Below, in pieces: positions 30,048-39,180 of a stretch of 64,000 nt of DNA (the stretch's first letter is position 1; each line of letters begins with the position of its first letter). The notes under the pieces are model-generated. The model was not told the origin of the DNA. It saw only the letters and a list, made by a program, of their open reading frames with translations, and searched no databases. The translations under genes and the position numbers were made by a program. Source of the stretch: an uncultured Acidobacteriota bacterium (lineage in GTDB: Bacteria; Acidobacteriota; Terriglobia; Acidiferrales; UBA7541); NCBI GenBank assembly GCA_963759485.1, contig CAVWZE010000002.1:1498618-1562617 (forward strand), given 5' to 3'.

Positions 30048-30495
30048 GGCGCGCTCCGTGGATTTCGGCCTCTATGGCCGCGAGTTCTGCGTTGACATCT
30101 GACGGCGCCGGTTCGCCCCCGTCTTTCGGCGTGAGATTCAGCGCCCGGAGGCAGCGCAACAAGCCACCCTGAAGCGGCGTCACCTCCGCGAGCAGCTCCG
30201 CGATGCGCCTGTAGCGCCGCGCCGACCGCAGTCTATCGAGTACCTGGCAAAGCCCGGTGTATGAAGCCGTTGCGGACGTTACCAGGGCGCGCTGCTGGGG
30301 CGTAAGGTCGGCGTCACCGCCTAGTTGCGCCGTCAGGCCGTCCTCGAACGCCCGAGACGCCGCCCTGATCGCGGGTAACGCCCTGATCCGGGCTTCGAGC
30401 GCGGCGGCGGCGTTCCGCCTGCCCGATTCCCGCATCCGCTCGCGCCCGGCGTCGCTGATTCGCGGCGCGGGCTTCTTTGTCGCTCGATTCGGCAC
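30031..30495 (-). CDS. Hypothetical protein; positional candidate for terminase small subunit
   Basis: 154-aa ORF with a GTG start preceded by GGAGGG. Overlaps the terL start by 17 nt. No recognisable motif; the assignment rests on position only. Confidence 0.3.
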   Translation of the reverse strand: MPNRATKKPAPRISDAGRERMRESGRRNAAAALEARIRALPAIRAASRAFEDGLTAQLGGDADLTPQQRALVTSATASYTGLCQVLDRLRSARRYRRIAELLAEVTPLQGGLLRCLRALNLTPKDGGEPAPSDVNAELAAIEAEIHGARHDSNS

Positions 30496-30549
30496 ATTTC
30501 CCTCCCCTTCCGCTCGTAGAGCGTCGGTCTATTAGACCGAGGTACCATC

Positions 30550-30810
30550 CTATGACGCTGGTTTCAAAGGCGTTACGGCACGGCTTACCCGACTCTTACC
30601 CGAAATCTGACCACGTTTCGCCGGTTCCTGCCGCGATCGCGCCCGCTCCAGCCACCGGTTCACGTCGCCCTGAAGCACGCAGAACCGCTTGCCGCACTTC
30701 AAGTACGGCATCTCCTCGTCGGCAAGCAAGCTCCTCACGAACCCCACCGAACAGCGCAATTGCGCGGCGACTTCGGGCAGCGTCAGGACCTTCAATTCCT
30801 CGGGCGACAT
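30550..30810 (-). CDS. Excisionase/MerR-like helix-turn-helix DNA-binding protein
   Basis: ORF 30550..31005, likely start at 30810. MSPEELKVLTLPEVAAQLRCSVGFVRSLLADEEMPYLKCGKRFCVLQGDVNRWLE matches the excisionase-family HTH pattern. Confidence 0.6.
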   Translation of the reverse strand: MSPEELKVLTLPEVAAQLRCSVGFVRSLLADEEMPYLKCGKRFCVLQGDVNRWLERARSRQEPAKRGQISGKSRVSRAVTPLKPAS

Positions 30811-31060
30811 CGCGGTGTTCTCCTGAAACGGAAACGGCCGCCCGAAGGCGGCCGTGAAGTAGGGTTTAAAATGCGACGCAGACGTGTGTGTGGAACCGGG
30901 ATTCCAGGCTAAGTAGTAGCCGGGGGTCACGGGGGTCAGGGGACTTATTTTGCCCTGACAAAGAATCGAAAAAAATAAATCCGTAGCTAGTGCCAAACTG
31001 ACCACCGTGACCCCCGCGTTTCGCGTAACGTAAACCCCCTCAAGCGGTTAACGGGGGGGG

Positions 31061-33488
31061 TCAGGAATGCTTTTCTACCGTCCAACGTGTTGCCTTGCGA
31101 TTTTTGGCGTCTTTTCGCAGGCAAAACTGCCCGATGACGCGATCTCGCCACCGTCTGGCCCAGGAACCGAGGACCCAGGCGTCGATCTTGTCCTTTCGGG
31201 AGCTGGCGACGGCGCTGACGGCGTCGTATAGCGCGGGATGGTCTAGCACGGTTTTCTTCTCGTCCCCGACCGTGTGCGATTGTTTCGCGTGCGTTCGCAC
31301 TTCGCTCAGTGTGAATAAATTTTCGCCGAAGGAACTTGCGAGCTCGCGCAGCGCGACGATGGTGTTCTCGCGTTCGGGGTCGTCGTCGATCACCTGTTCG
31401 CGCGTGAGGTAGGGGTCTTCCATTCCGACCCAAACGATTGCCGAGCGTATCACCTCGGACCATTCGTCGAATCCGCCCCACGGCTTGATCTCTTGCTTCG
31501 GCCGTCCGGCGACGTGGAAGGCGCGCAGGATCGTGAGCGCGGCGGTGACCAGTTCGCAGCGATGCCGGCGGAGATAAGACAGCAGGTTAGGGATTTTGAA
31601 CTCGCGCTCTTCGGGGCGCTCGATGCCGGCGTCGATTCGGCACAAGACGACTCTCGTTGTCAGGTCTCCGCGGAAGGTGATGTTGTTTCCGGTGGCGATC
31701 CAGAGCACGTTGGTCGGCAGCGAGAGTCTTCGCGATTCGCCCAGGACCCTGTCGCTGTATCGCTCCTCGGTGATCACGCGTGCCAGGTCTGGCGATTCCA
31801 GTACCTCGTCGACGTTGTCGAGCGTGATGATGGTTTGCCCTTCTCGCAAGGCGGAAAGGATGGCTTTGCGAATCTCCTCGCGGTCTTTCGAGATGGCGGA
31901 GGCCGCGGCAGGTTGGCCGACGGCCAGGATCGAGACGCCCGCAGCGAGGAGTGATTTTCCGTACCGCATCGTGGGTGCCGAGTAAGCGAACAGCGGGCAG
32001 GCGCCCAACAGTGGCCGTTCGAGTGCGGTCAGGATGGCGGCGACGTGCGTGGCTTTGTCGCCGGCCGAGACGAAGGGAAACTCGCCGAACGGTACTAGCA
32101 GCTTCGCGAGCGCGTGCTTCGCGTCAGCGAGCGTGGGGTGAGGTGGAATGTCTGGCCAGTCGTCATCCGATGCGAAGTACAGCATCGTTTGAGGATCGTA
32201 ACCGGGTTCCTTCAAGACGGTACCGTCGTGGCGAATGATCGGAGCAGAGACGATCCCCGCGAGCACGTCGACCTTCCAACTCCCGGTGCGGCCGCAGTAG
32301 GTTTGCGGGATGCGTGCCGGGCAGTCGATGCGCCGGAAGATGTCCGCGCCGGTGGTCTTGTCCTTGCCTGCCCATCGCTGGAATTCGGCGACGGTCTCGA
32401 ACGTCTCTCGCAGCGCGACGGGGGTGAGGGGTTGCAGTTGTAGCGTCCCCTTTCGGGCGCATCAGGCCCGCGGACTTTCGAGCTTCCGGCAAGCGGATCA
32501 CCTGCGTCAGCTCTCCGGCGCGCTGGAAGATGCATAGGCGCTGCGCGTGCGGTAGCAGCGCGGCTTCCGCCTCGTCGACGGCGGCCGGCATCTCTCCGAT
32601 GCGCACCGTGATGGCCGGCGCGTCGGATGCGACCGGCTTGTCCCCGATGCCGCGTGCGATCTGTTCTATCGCGTCGAGCGGCAATTCGTCCCATCCGGTT
32701 TTGTCGCAGCGGTCGAGGTCGATCTTCAGCTTCGCGATGATTTCCGCTTCGGAGTCCCCGCGCCGCCGGTAGCCCCCCGCGCGGGAGAGGAGCCAGTCGT
32801 AACGCTTGCCCTGCGGGATTTTCCCGTTGGTGCTGTCTTCTGGCGGATTGATTCCGTGCGCGGTCCTCGTGGCCGCGCAGGCGGCGAAGTCCTCGACGCG
32901 GTAGCGGCGGTCCCAGTCGGCGCGCATCAGCTCGACATCCTGGGGCGTGCCGTATTCCGGCTTGAAGTTCTTCGTCCCCGGTGGCCTGAGCACGCGGGCC
33001 AGCTCGGCGCAGGACGGGTCCGCTCCGAGCGCGGCGGTCAAGCCTTCGAGAATCGGCTCGACGCGCGCGTCCTGGGCGTCGATCGGCTCCGAGAGCAGCC
33101 AGTAGACGTGGAATCCGCCGCCCGAGAAGATGATGATCGAAGGCTCCGGGCGAAAAGCGCGGATGCGTTCGAGCGCCGCGGCCAGCGCGTCGGCGCCATC
33201 GACGTCCATGTCCATCCAGAACGCCGTCACCTCCCGGCAGTTTACCTTCCCACCGAGAGTCTTGCTTCCCTCGTGGCGGACGCCGTCGCGCGTGCAGATA
33301 CCGAAATAGACGTTTTCGCCCTTCGCTGTCCGCTGGTCGATGAAATCGGCCAGCTCCGCCATGTCTCGGCTGAAGATGCGCTTGTCGACGGGGCCACGCT
33401 TGCCGTTCTCGCTAGGTTTGAACGTGCGCAGTTCGATCTTGAACTTCGTCCCCGCGTAGAATTTTTCGAGGAACTCCGTCGCGTTCAT
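31061..33488 (-). pseudogene. Primase-polymerase (AEP) fused to P-loop NTPase/helicase-like domain, apparent frameshift at a G4/C4 run (32447-32450)
   Basis: ORF 32163..33527 has VYFGICTR, AFWMDMD, GGGFHVYWLL (AEP motifs) and a PriCT-like IPQGKRYDWLL. Shifting frame at 32447 reads through ...VDVLAGIVSAPIIRHDG into ORF 31061..32266 (APTMRYGKS Walker A, IITLDNVDE Walker B). Confidence 0.75.
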
Positions 33489-33523
33489 CGCTAGCGTTCT
33501 CCCAGTGGACTTTCCCAGTTGGT

Positions 33524-33565
33524 ACAAAAATGAAAAGGGCGCGCCACTGGGAGGAAGCGCGCCCT
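33524..33565 (-). terminator. Intrinsic terminator-like hairpin
   Basis: Minus strand reads AGGGCGCGC-(12 nt loop)-GCGCGCCCT followed by TTTCATTTTTGT. Confidence 0.5.
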
Positions 33566-33705
33566 AGTTCTCGGCTGTGCGGTGGTTGTGCCGCGGCGGC
33601 CGAAATTCTTGTTTACGGAAAGGGGGACCTAGGAGGCTTTTTGTACAGCAGCCGAAGCCTCCTAGGTTTTCGCGGTCCGCCCTCGGAGCGGTGACCGCGA
33701 AACTT

Positions 33706-34350
33706 TTAGTTTTCGTCCGCGTCGACCGGTGCTTGGTGAACTTCGCCGGTGACGACCAACGCCGCGAGATATTCGAGGATTTTCTCTTTGCCGACTTCGT
33801 GGAGCAGTGCCGCGAAGGCGGCGTTCGCGACGGCGGTGAGAGCGGTGTGTGTGTCCGGAAAATTCCGCGCGTATTCGCCGAACGTCACGCCGCCGAGGAC
33901 GTTTTCTATCGAGGCGGTGAATGCGCGGAGCCATCGTTGCGCGGGCGCCGAAAGAATTTCCGCTGCCAGAACGCGGCGGTGGAATTGTGCCGCCGTAAGG
34001 GTCTGCTCCAGCGTGAAGCCGTGCTTAGCGCCCCAATCGACGGCGAATTGTCGCCCCCATACCTGCGGAATTTCAGCCGGCTCCGAGTCGAGTTCCTGCA
34101 GTTTTCGGCGGAGCAATCCAATTCTGACGTTCATGTTTTCGGCGACTCCTCTCTCGCGTAGGATTTTCAACCCTTCGATCACGCGCTGGACTTTCCGGGC
34201 GCGCTCCGGGGACGGCGTGTGGATGTCGTTCATCCAGAAGGAGAGCAGGGTCGCCGAGAGGCCGGTCAGCTTCACGAGCGACTGCTGCTTGATTTCCAGC
34301 TTGCCCATCTCCGTCGCGAGCTGCTCGCCTGTCCAGATTGGCTCGTTCAT
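33706..34350 (-). CDS. Hypothetical protein with N-terminal XRE-like HTH
   Basis: 214-aa ORF. GEQLATEMGKLEIKQQSLVKLTGLSATLLSFWMND resembles a Cro/CI-type HTH. Confidence 0.45.
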   Translation of the reverse strand: MNEPIWTGEQLATEMGKLEIKQQSLVKLTGLSATLLSFWMNDIHTPSPERARKVQRVIEGLKILRERGVAENMNVRIGLLRRKLQELDSEPAEIPQVWGRQFAVDWGAKHGFTLEQTLTAAQFHRRVLAAEILSAPAQRWLRAFTASIENVLGGVTFGEYARNFPDTHTALTAVANAAFAALLHEVGKEKILEYLAALVVTGEVHQAPVDADEN

Positions 34351-34361
34351 TTGCGTGCCTC

Positions 34362-34394
34362 CAAATAAAAATGGCCGCCAGGAATCGGCGGCCA
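34362..34394 (-). terminator. Intrinsic terminator
   Basis: Minus strand reads TGGCCGCC-GATTCCT-GGCGGCCA followed by TTTTTATTT, about 30 nt downstream of the 34426 stop. Confidence 0.6.
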
Positions 34395-34425
34395 GCTAGA
34401 TGCGGTGGGAAAGTGGAATCGCCCG

Positions 34426-34893
34426 CTACGGCAGGCGCGGATATTTTCGCGACGCGATCAACACGTCGCGCAGTTGGCGAAGAAATTCCTGCGGCTCGCG
34501 GACGATCAGCTCGTACGGGACCATGACCAACGATATTCCAGGTCGTCGCTTGAAATAGCCGGGGTCGCTCGCCACGGACAGGTTCCCGGGCTTGTCGCGC
34601 TCGCCGGGGCCAACGATCAGCAGGCCGACATTCGCTCGCCGCCAGTAGAAATCGAGCCGAAAATCTTCGGGCAGTTCATTCTTTTCCTCGAATCGCGGCC
34701 GCGCCCAAAAATGGGCCGTCGCGCCAAACTCGCGCCTGAGAAGGCCGAACGCCCGCTGGTACACGCGCGCCCGCATCTGCGCTCGCGCATCGGCGAGGGT
34801 GACGCCGATGACACGTTCGCCCGCGAACTCGTATTCTTTTGAAAGTCCAGCTTGGATTGCCTTACGACGGAGAGAGGAAGGTAGCAGAGACAC
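34426..34893 (-). CDS. Hypothetical protein (first gene inside the right end of the island)
   Basis: 155-aa ORF. A weak DUF559/endonuclease-like impression (LDFYWRRANVGLLIVGPGE) is not enough to assign function. Confidence 0.35.
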   Translation of the reverse strand: MSLLPSSLRRKAIQAGLSKEYEFAGERVIGVTLADARAQMRARVYQRAFGLLRREFGATAHFWARPRFEEKNELPEDFRLDFYWRRANVGLLIVGPGERDKPGNLSVASDPGYFKRRPGISLVMVPYELIVREPQEFLRQLRDVLIASRKYPRLP

Positions 34894-34997
34894 CTACAGC
34901 GACCCATCCGGCAGCACCGCTACCGGCCTAACTTTGAGTTTGCAGGTTGCCCCGCAACCGGACTCTGATGACGGTCGGTCCGTGACCGTAGTTGCGA

Positions 34998-35028
34998 ATT
35001 ATATAGCTTCGCCGGGGCGAAAGTATAC
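34998..35028 (-). promoter_or_regulatory. Promoter-like motif GTATAC-N19-TATAAT (minus strand)
   Basis: Minus strand reads GTATACTTTCGCCCCGGCGAAGCTATATAATTC, about 100 nt upstream of the 34893 start. Confidence 0.3.
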
Positions 35029-35062
35029 TAAAAATTTTAGCGATTTTAGGGGGCCTGCGATT

Positions 35063-35137
35063 TGACCCGAAATTCACCCGACTTTCACCCGACGGAGCGT
35101 AACGGAGACGTACGGAACGCAACGGAACGTAACGCAA
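35063..35137. repeat. Two arrays of short phased direct repeats next to the island end
   Basis: gacccgaaatt/cacccgacttt/cacccgacgg at about 11-bp spacing, followed by gcgtaacgga/gacgtacgga/acgcaacgga/acgtaacgca at 10-bp spacing. Confidence 0.7.
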
Positions 35138-35222
35138 GAACCGCCCGCAAGTCGTTGATCCTGCGGGTGATGGTAGTGTTTTCAACGGGATACGCCGGAA
35201 ACCGCCAAAGGCCCGATTCGTT

Positions 35223-35259
35223 TTAAAAGGCCGCTGCTCTACCACTGAGCTACGCCCCT
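35223..35259. repeat. Island-flanking direct repeat, copy 2 (orphan 5' half of tRNA-Lys)
   Basis: Identical 37 nt to 21876..21912. No 3' half of a tRNA follows it. Confidence 0.85.
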
Positions 35260-35483
35260 GTGTGTTTTAACATCTTACATGGAAATGATTTAGCTGGCAT
35301 CGATGCTCAGAATAAATATACAGCGCTGTTCGTCGTGGCATTGGGGCCTGCAATTCGCGAATGGCATTGAACAGATTAGCGTGGCTTGGCCGAGCAGGGG
35401 GTCATCAGGATTTCGCGGGGCGCACTCGTCTTCGAATATGTCACCGGCCGAAGTAGATTCTTTGTACCTCGTTGTTTTTTCTA

Positions 35484-35831
35484 CTAAGAACGTGCGCCGT
35501 CCTGATGGGAGTACTTGATCACCTCGACTTCGGACGTGGCGATCAGCCCTTCTTCGACCACTTCATCGAGGAACGGCAGTAGTTTTTGAATTTTGTCCTC
35601 GGAATCGATGACGCTCACCATCACGGGAGCGTCGTGGGAAAAGGATAGCAGGTGAGTCTTTCGGATGAGTGTGCTCGCCCCGTATCCTTCGATGCCTCGC
35701 AGTACGGTAGCGCCCGCAATGTCCAATTCGCGGCATTTCTCAACAATCGCGCGATAAAGCGGTTTGCCCTTCCACTTATCGTCCTCACCGAAGTGGATTC
35801 GCAGCATTTTCGCCTTCCCTGAAAGCTTCAT
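35484..35831 (-). CDS. DUF190 (PII-like, CrcB-associated) domain protein
   Basis: LRIHFGEDDKWKGKPLYRAIVEKCRELDIAGATVLRGIEGYG. Overlaps the upstream gene by 4 nt. Confidence 0.75.
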   Translation of the reverse strand: MKLSGKAKMLRIHFGEDDKWKGKPLYRAIVEKCRELDIAGATVLRGIEGYGASTLIRKTHLLSFSHDAPVMVSVIDSEDKIQKLLPFLDEVVEEGLIATSEVEVIKYSHQDGARS

Positions 35832-36562
35832 GACCGGGCCTCCTTTCTGCGCTCCGTTGTCACAATGTCGTGGGTGTACTTGATGATGTCCACATCGGAC
35901 AAGACAACGAGCCCTTGCTGGACCATCTGATCGAGAATGGGGAAATAAGCCTGCAGCTTTTCCTCGGTTTCGACGACCGATAACATCATGGGCCGGTCAT
36001 GCGAGAGGTGCAGCGCTGAATCCTTGTGGATTCGCCGGTTCGCGCCGTAGCCCAGAATTCCCTGATACACCGTGACACCGGCGATGTCATTTGCGCGCAT
36101 GCTTTCGATCAAAGCCTTGTACAGCGGCTTATCGCTCCACTTATCGTTCTCGCCGACATAAATCCTCATTAGCTTGGCCCTGCCCTCGCGCTTGAGGGAG
36201 GGCGATGATTCTTGCGTGACTTTTTTCCCCGATAGTTCCGCCGGTTTGAGCACCGTCGTGTCTTGAATTTCGATCAGTCCCGTACCTGCTAAATCGTAGA
36301 GTTTCGGCAAAACTTCTTCGACCTTCTCCGCGGACTCGATAAATTCAATCTTCATCGGAAGGTCCTGCGTGAGGGCCTCAATCCGAGTTGTATGGAGGTG
36401 ATGATCAGCTCCAAATCCCGCGATCCCTCGCGTCACGCTGGCGCCGGAGATTCCGCGGTAGAAAAGGAAGTCCAGAATCGCCGAATATAAGGATTGCCCG
36501 TGGTACTGGTGGTCTTCCCCTACATAGATGCTGACCTTTTTGGCAGGTCCTGCCTTGAGCAT
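35828..36562 (-). CDS. Tandem double DUF190 domain protein
   Basis: Two copies of the pattern: VSIYVGEDHQYHGQSLYSAILDFLFYRGISGASVTRGIAGFG and MRIYVGENDKWSDKPLYKALIESMRANDIAGVTVYQGILGYG. Confidence 0.75.
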   Translation of the reverse strand: MLKAGPAKKVSIYVGEDHQYHGQSLYSAILDFLFYRGISGASVTRGIAGFGADHHLHTTRIEALTQDLPMKIEFIESAEKVEEVLPKLYDLAGTGLIEIQDTTVLKPAELSGKKVTQESSPSLKREGRAKLMRIYVGENDKWSDKPLYKALIESMRANDIAGVTVYQGILGYGANRRIHKDSALHLSHDRPMMLSVVETEEKLQAYFPILDQMVQQGLVVLSDVDIIKYTHDIVTTERRKEARS

Positions 36563-36629
36563 GTCGTCCCCCCCAAGCTTCCGATTCCGCAGTGTGCGAT
36601 CGAGAACTCAGCGGCCCTCGCCGCTCTGG

Positions 36630-37007
36630 TTACGAAATGGCTTTTCCGGTGATGACCCCCAGCCATACCGAGACAAAACCAACGGCCACGCTCAGCACGA
36701 TATTCATCGCCGCAACGAGAAGCTCGCCGTCCTGGAAGACACGAAACGTCTCGTACTCAAAAGCGGAAAACGTGCTGTATCCTCCGAGGAATCCAATAGG
36801 AATCAAGTACCTCCAATTCGGATTCCAGTGCGTTCTCTCGGCCAGAAGGGTCATGACAAAACCAATTAAAAACGAGGCCGTGATATTGATGACGAACGTG
36901 CCGTACGGAAAGCGAGCGCCCAACCGGCCGCTCACGTAGCCTCCGGCCCAGAAACGCAATATTGACCCTACGGCTCCTCCGATTCCAACAATAAGATATT
37001 TGGTCAT
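36630..37007 (-). CDS. crcB: Fluoride ion channel CrcB/FluC
   Basis: ORF 36630..37091, start MTKYLIVGIGGAVGSILRF at 37007. FVINITASFLIGF and GFLGGYSTFSAF are typical CrcB motifs. Confidence 0.9.
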   Translation of the reverse strand: MTKYLIVGIGGAVGSILRFWAGGYVSGRLGARFPYGTFVINITASFLIGFVMTLLAERTHWNPNWRYLIPIGFLGGYSTFSAFEYETFRVFQDGELLVAAMNIVLSVAVGFVSVWLGVITGKAIS

Positions 37008-37202
37008 GGTAATGACTCTGCTTTCTCTCCTTTCGAGTTCGTCACACCGAACCGTGGAAGAAAATGAATTGAGATAGTTGGACGGCCGCACGAGGCGAGC
37101 AAATCCAGAGGGGCACGCTTCGGAGCGTATATTTCGATTGTGCGATTTGTTCTGGCTCCTCCCATACCGTCCTCATGCACCAAACTGGTGCTGCAGTAAT
37201 TA

Positions 37203-37262
37203 GGAGGAGTTATCAGCCGTTGAAGAAACGGCGTTTTATCCCCACGAGCGAGGGGAGGCAAA
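37203..37262 (-). promoter_or_regulatory. Fluoride riboswitch (crcB RNA motif)-like element with an extra internal hairpin
   Basis: Minus strand reads GGCAAAGGAGUUUGCC-[UCCCCUCGCUCGUGGGG]-AUAAAACGCCG-UUUCUUCAA-CGGCUGAUAACUCCUCC. Compare the known pattern GGCGAUGGAGUUCGCCAUAAACGC...GCUAAUGACUCCU. Pseudoknot pairing AGGAGU/ACUCCU is possible. Lies upstream of crcB. Confidence 0.6.
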
Positions 37263-37357
37263 CTCCTTTGCCGTAATTATTCAACCACAAGAAGGACGCG
37301 CCTACAAGCAGGTTCCACGCTGTCCGGTTTACTTTCCCGCGAAAGCGCGTTGGCCTT

Positions 37358-37726
37358 TCAGTCCGCCTGCGGGAGCTCCGCGAGCTTCACTGCGCCGCGC
37401 CCGCGCTTTCGTTTCCAAACGTAGTCTTTGCGCAGCTTTTGCTGATGTTTTTTCAGCTGGCTCTCGATTTCGGAGAAGGCCGCCTTTGCGCTGGAGCGCA
37501 CGCTCCCGCCGGAACCCGTGGCATGAAGCACCCCAGTCGGCAGCGTCAAGTTAAGTGAGGAGTTGTACTCGATTCGCCGCGGACTTTTTTCTAACGACAC
37601 ATGCAGCTGTATTGCGTCGGGCGTGTACCGCTTCAGAATCCTATTCAACTTTTCGATATGGCGCGCGCATTCTTTTTCGACCGCTTCGCGAAATTCGATG
37701 TCGATTTGGCTGTAAGCGACATTCAT
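37358..37726 (-). CDS. hpf: Ribosome hibernation factor family protein (HPF/RaiA, S30AE)
   Basis: 122-aa ORF. FREAVEKECARHIEKLNRILKRYTPDAIQLHVSLEK...AAFSEIESQLKKHQQKLR fits the S30AE family layout. Confidence 0.6.
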   Translation of the reverse strand: MNVAYSQIDIEFREAVEKECARHIEKLNRILKRYTPDAIQLHVSLEKSPRRIEYNSSLNLTLPTGVLHATGSGGSVRSSAKAAFSEIESQLKKHQQKLRKDYVWKRKRGRGAVKLAELPQAD

Positions 37727-37882
37727 GAGGCCATCTCCTGCTCAAGAAAGTGACTCCCTGAGGCTCTCAACGAGGCATTCCCACAATAGCGCGCCGGAAA
37801 GTAGCAAGCAACCCGTGTTTGAACATCCGCTTTTCACTCAGCAAACGTCATCACAGCGAAATGTCAAGCCCGGCGACCGCCT

Positions 37883-38674
37883 TTATGAGCGGTGCGACCC
37901 CAGCGAGTCCGTAGGATCGGGATATTCCAGCGAAACGAGGTACAAACCCTCCGGCGGGACGGTCGGTCCCGAGGACGACCGGTCGCGCATTTCCAGAATT
38001 CTGGGAATATCTGAAACTGCGAGCCTTCCCTTCCCCACTTCAATGAGCGTCCCCACGATCTTCCGCACCATATATCTCAAAAACGATCGCCCGCGTACCG
38101 TGTACTCGACTTCCTCATTCGCCGCCTGAACAATCAACTCCGAGGAATGGATCATGCGGATCATATTCCGCCCGCCGTCGTCTTCCTCGGAGCCGGACGA
38201 CGCCGCAAATGAACTAAAGTCGTGCTCACCCGTGAACTGCCGCGCTGCTGTGGCCATGGCATCCTCGTCGAGCGGCCACGGATAGTGCAGCGCGCGGCCG
38301 TAATCGAACGGCGGCAGCACCTGTCCGCGATAAATTCGATAGCGATAGGTCTTGGCCTGCGCCAGCCAGCGCGCATGGAACTCGGGGCCAACCTCCTCCG
38401 CGTCCACTATACGAATTGCCGGCGGCAGCAACGCATTCAGCGCACGCTGAAATTCCGATGCCGGCAGGCCGGACAGCGTCTTGAAGTGCGCCACTTGTCC
38501 CAGCGCGTGCACTCCGCTGTCAGTTCGGCTGGCGCCGTGAACCACAATTTTTTCCTGCGTGATGGTGCATGCAGCATCGTTCAACAGCCCTTGAATTGTC
38601 GGAAGGCCCCGCTGAATCTGCCATCCGTGAAAATTCGTGCCGTCGTATGAGATTGTGAGTTTGATGTTGCGCAT
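37883..38674 (-). CDS. truA: tRNA pseudouridine(38-40) synthase
   Basis: ORF 37883..38860, start MRNIKLTISYDGTNFHGWQIQ at 38674. Catalytic ASRTDSGVHA. Confidence 0.9.
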   Translation of the reverse strand: MRNIKLTISYDGTNFHGWQIQRGLPTIQGLLNDAACTITQEKIVVHGASRTDSGVHALGQVAHFKTLSGLPASEFQRALNALLPPAIRIVDAEEVGPEFHARWLAQAKTYRYRIYRGQVLPPFDYGRALHYPWPLDEDAMATAARQFTGEHDFSSFAASSGSEEDDGGRNMIRMIHSSELIVQAANEEVEYTVRGRSFLRYMVRKIVGTLIEVGKGRLAVSDIPRILEMRDRSSSGPTVPPEGLYLVSLEYPDPTDSLGSHRS

Positions 38675-39180
38675 GCGCAGGGGGATTATCGCACGCGCCG
38701 CCGGATGCAACCGAGCCACAGGCCCAGATAGATCTTCGAGCAGTTGAATGGCGCGGAAGGCGGGTGGAAAAAAAGAGGGGGCCCCGCTTGGGATCGGGAA
38801 CCCCCAAAGTCGCGTTCCATTGGCCCGGCCTAGGCGAGACCGGACCATGGGGTCATCCATCCTAGCTTCCCTCTCAGAGGCAGGTGGGAACGATCCGTTC
38901 CATCAGTAAATGGGCCCCTTCCTCCCCATCCCCCAATAGCGCGGACCGCGTAGGAACGCGACCACGCTCTGCTCATTGCAAACGGCATGCCTCAAAGAAA
39001 CTTATAATTCCTAGCTTCGATTGTTCCATACTCAGGACTTAACGCTCCGGCACTTCTGCGGTTTCTAATCTGGCGTTTCAATTCGGGAAGATCCATCCCG
39101 TAGCGGACCGGAGCCACCATCGCTGAACTCCAAACGATTGTGTGAATCCAGGCTCTGGCTCATAATACTCAAGGAATCGC

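Larger units (their letters stand above)
21876..35259 (-). mobile_element. tRNA-Lys-associated integrative element, about 13.4 kb (phage-satellite-like or prophage remnant)
   Basis: Bounded by a 37-bp perfect direct repeat derived from the tRNA. Integrase lies next to the tRNA. Phage packaging, capsid and replication genes are all on the minus strand. Confidence 0.75.

Noticed and set aside
35223-35259. Possible second tRNA-Lys gene
   Set aside because: Only the 5' half, up to the anticodon loop, is present. The following sequence cannot form an anticodon-stem 3' strand, T-arm or acceptor end. It is the att repeat.
38675-39180. About 500 bp intergenic region upstream of truA, examined for a structured RNA gene (RNase P RNA, SRP RNA, tmRNA)
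   Set aside because: I could not find the conserved core strings of these RNAs (for example GAGGAAAGUCC, or the GGAAG...AGCAG SRP motif) on either strand. It remains unassigned, not evidence of absence.
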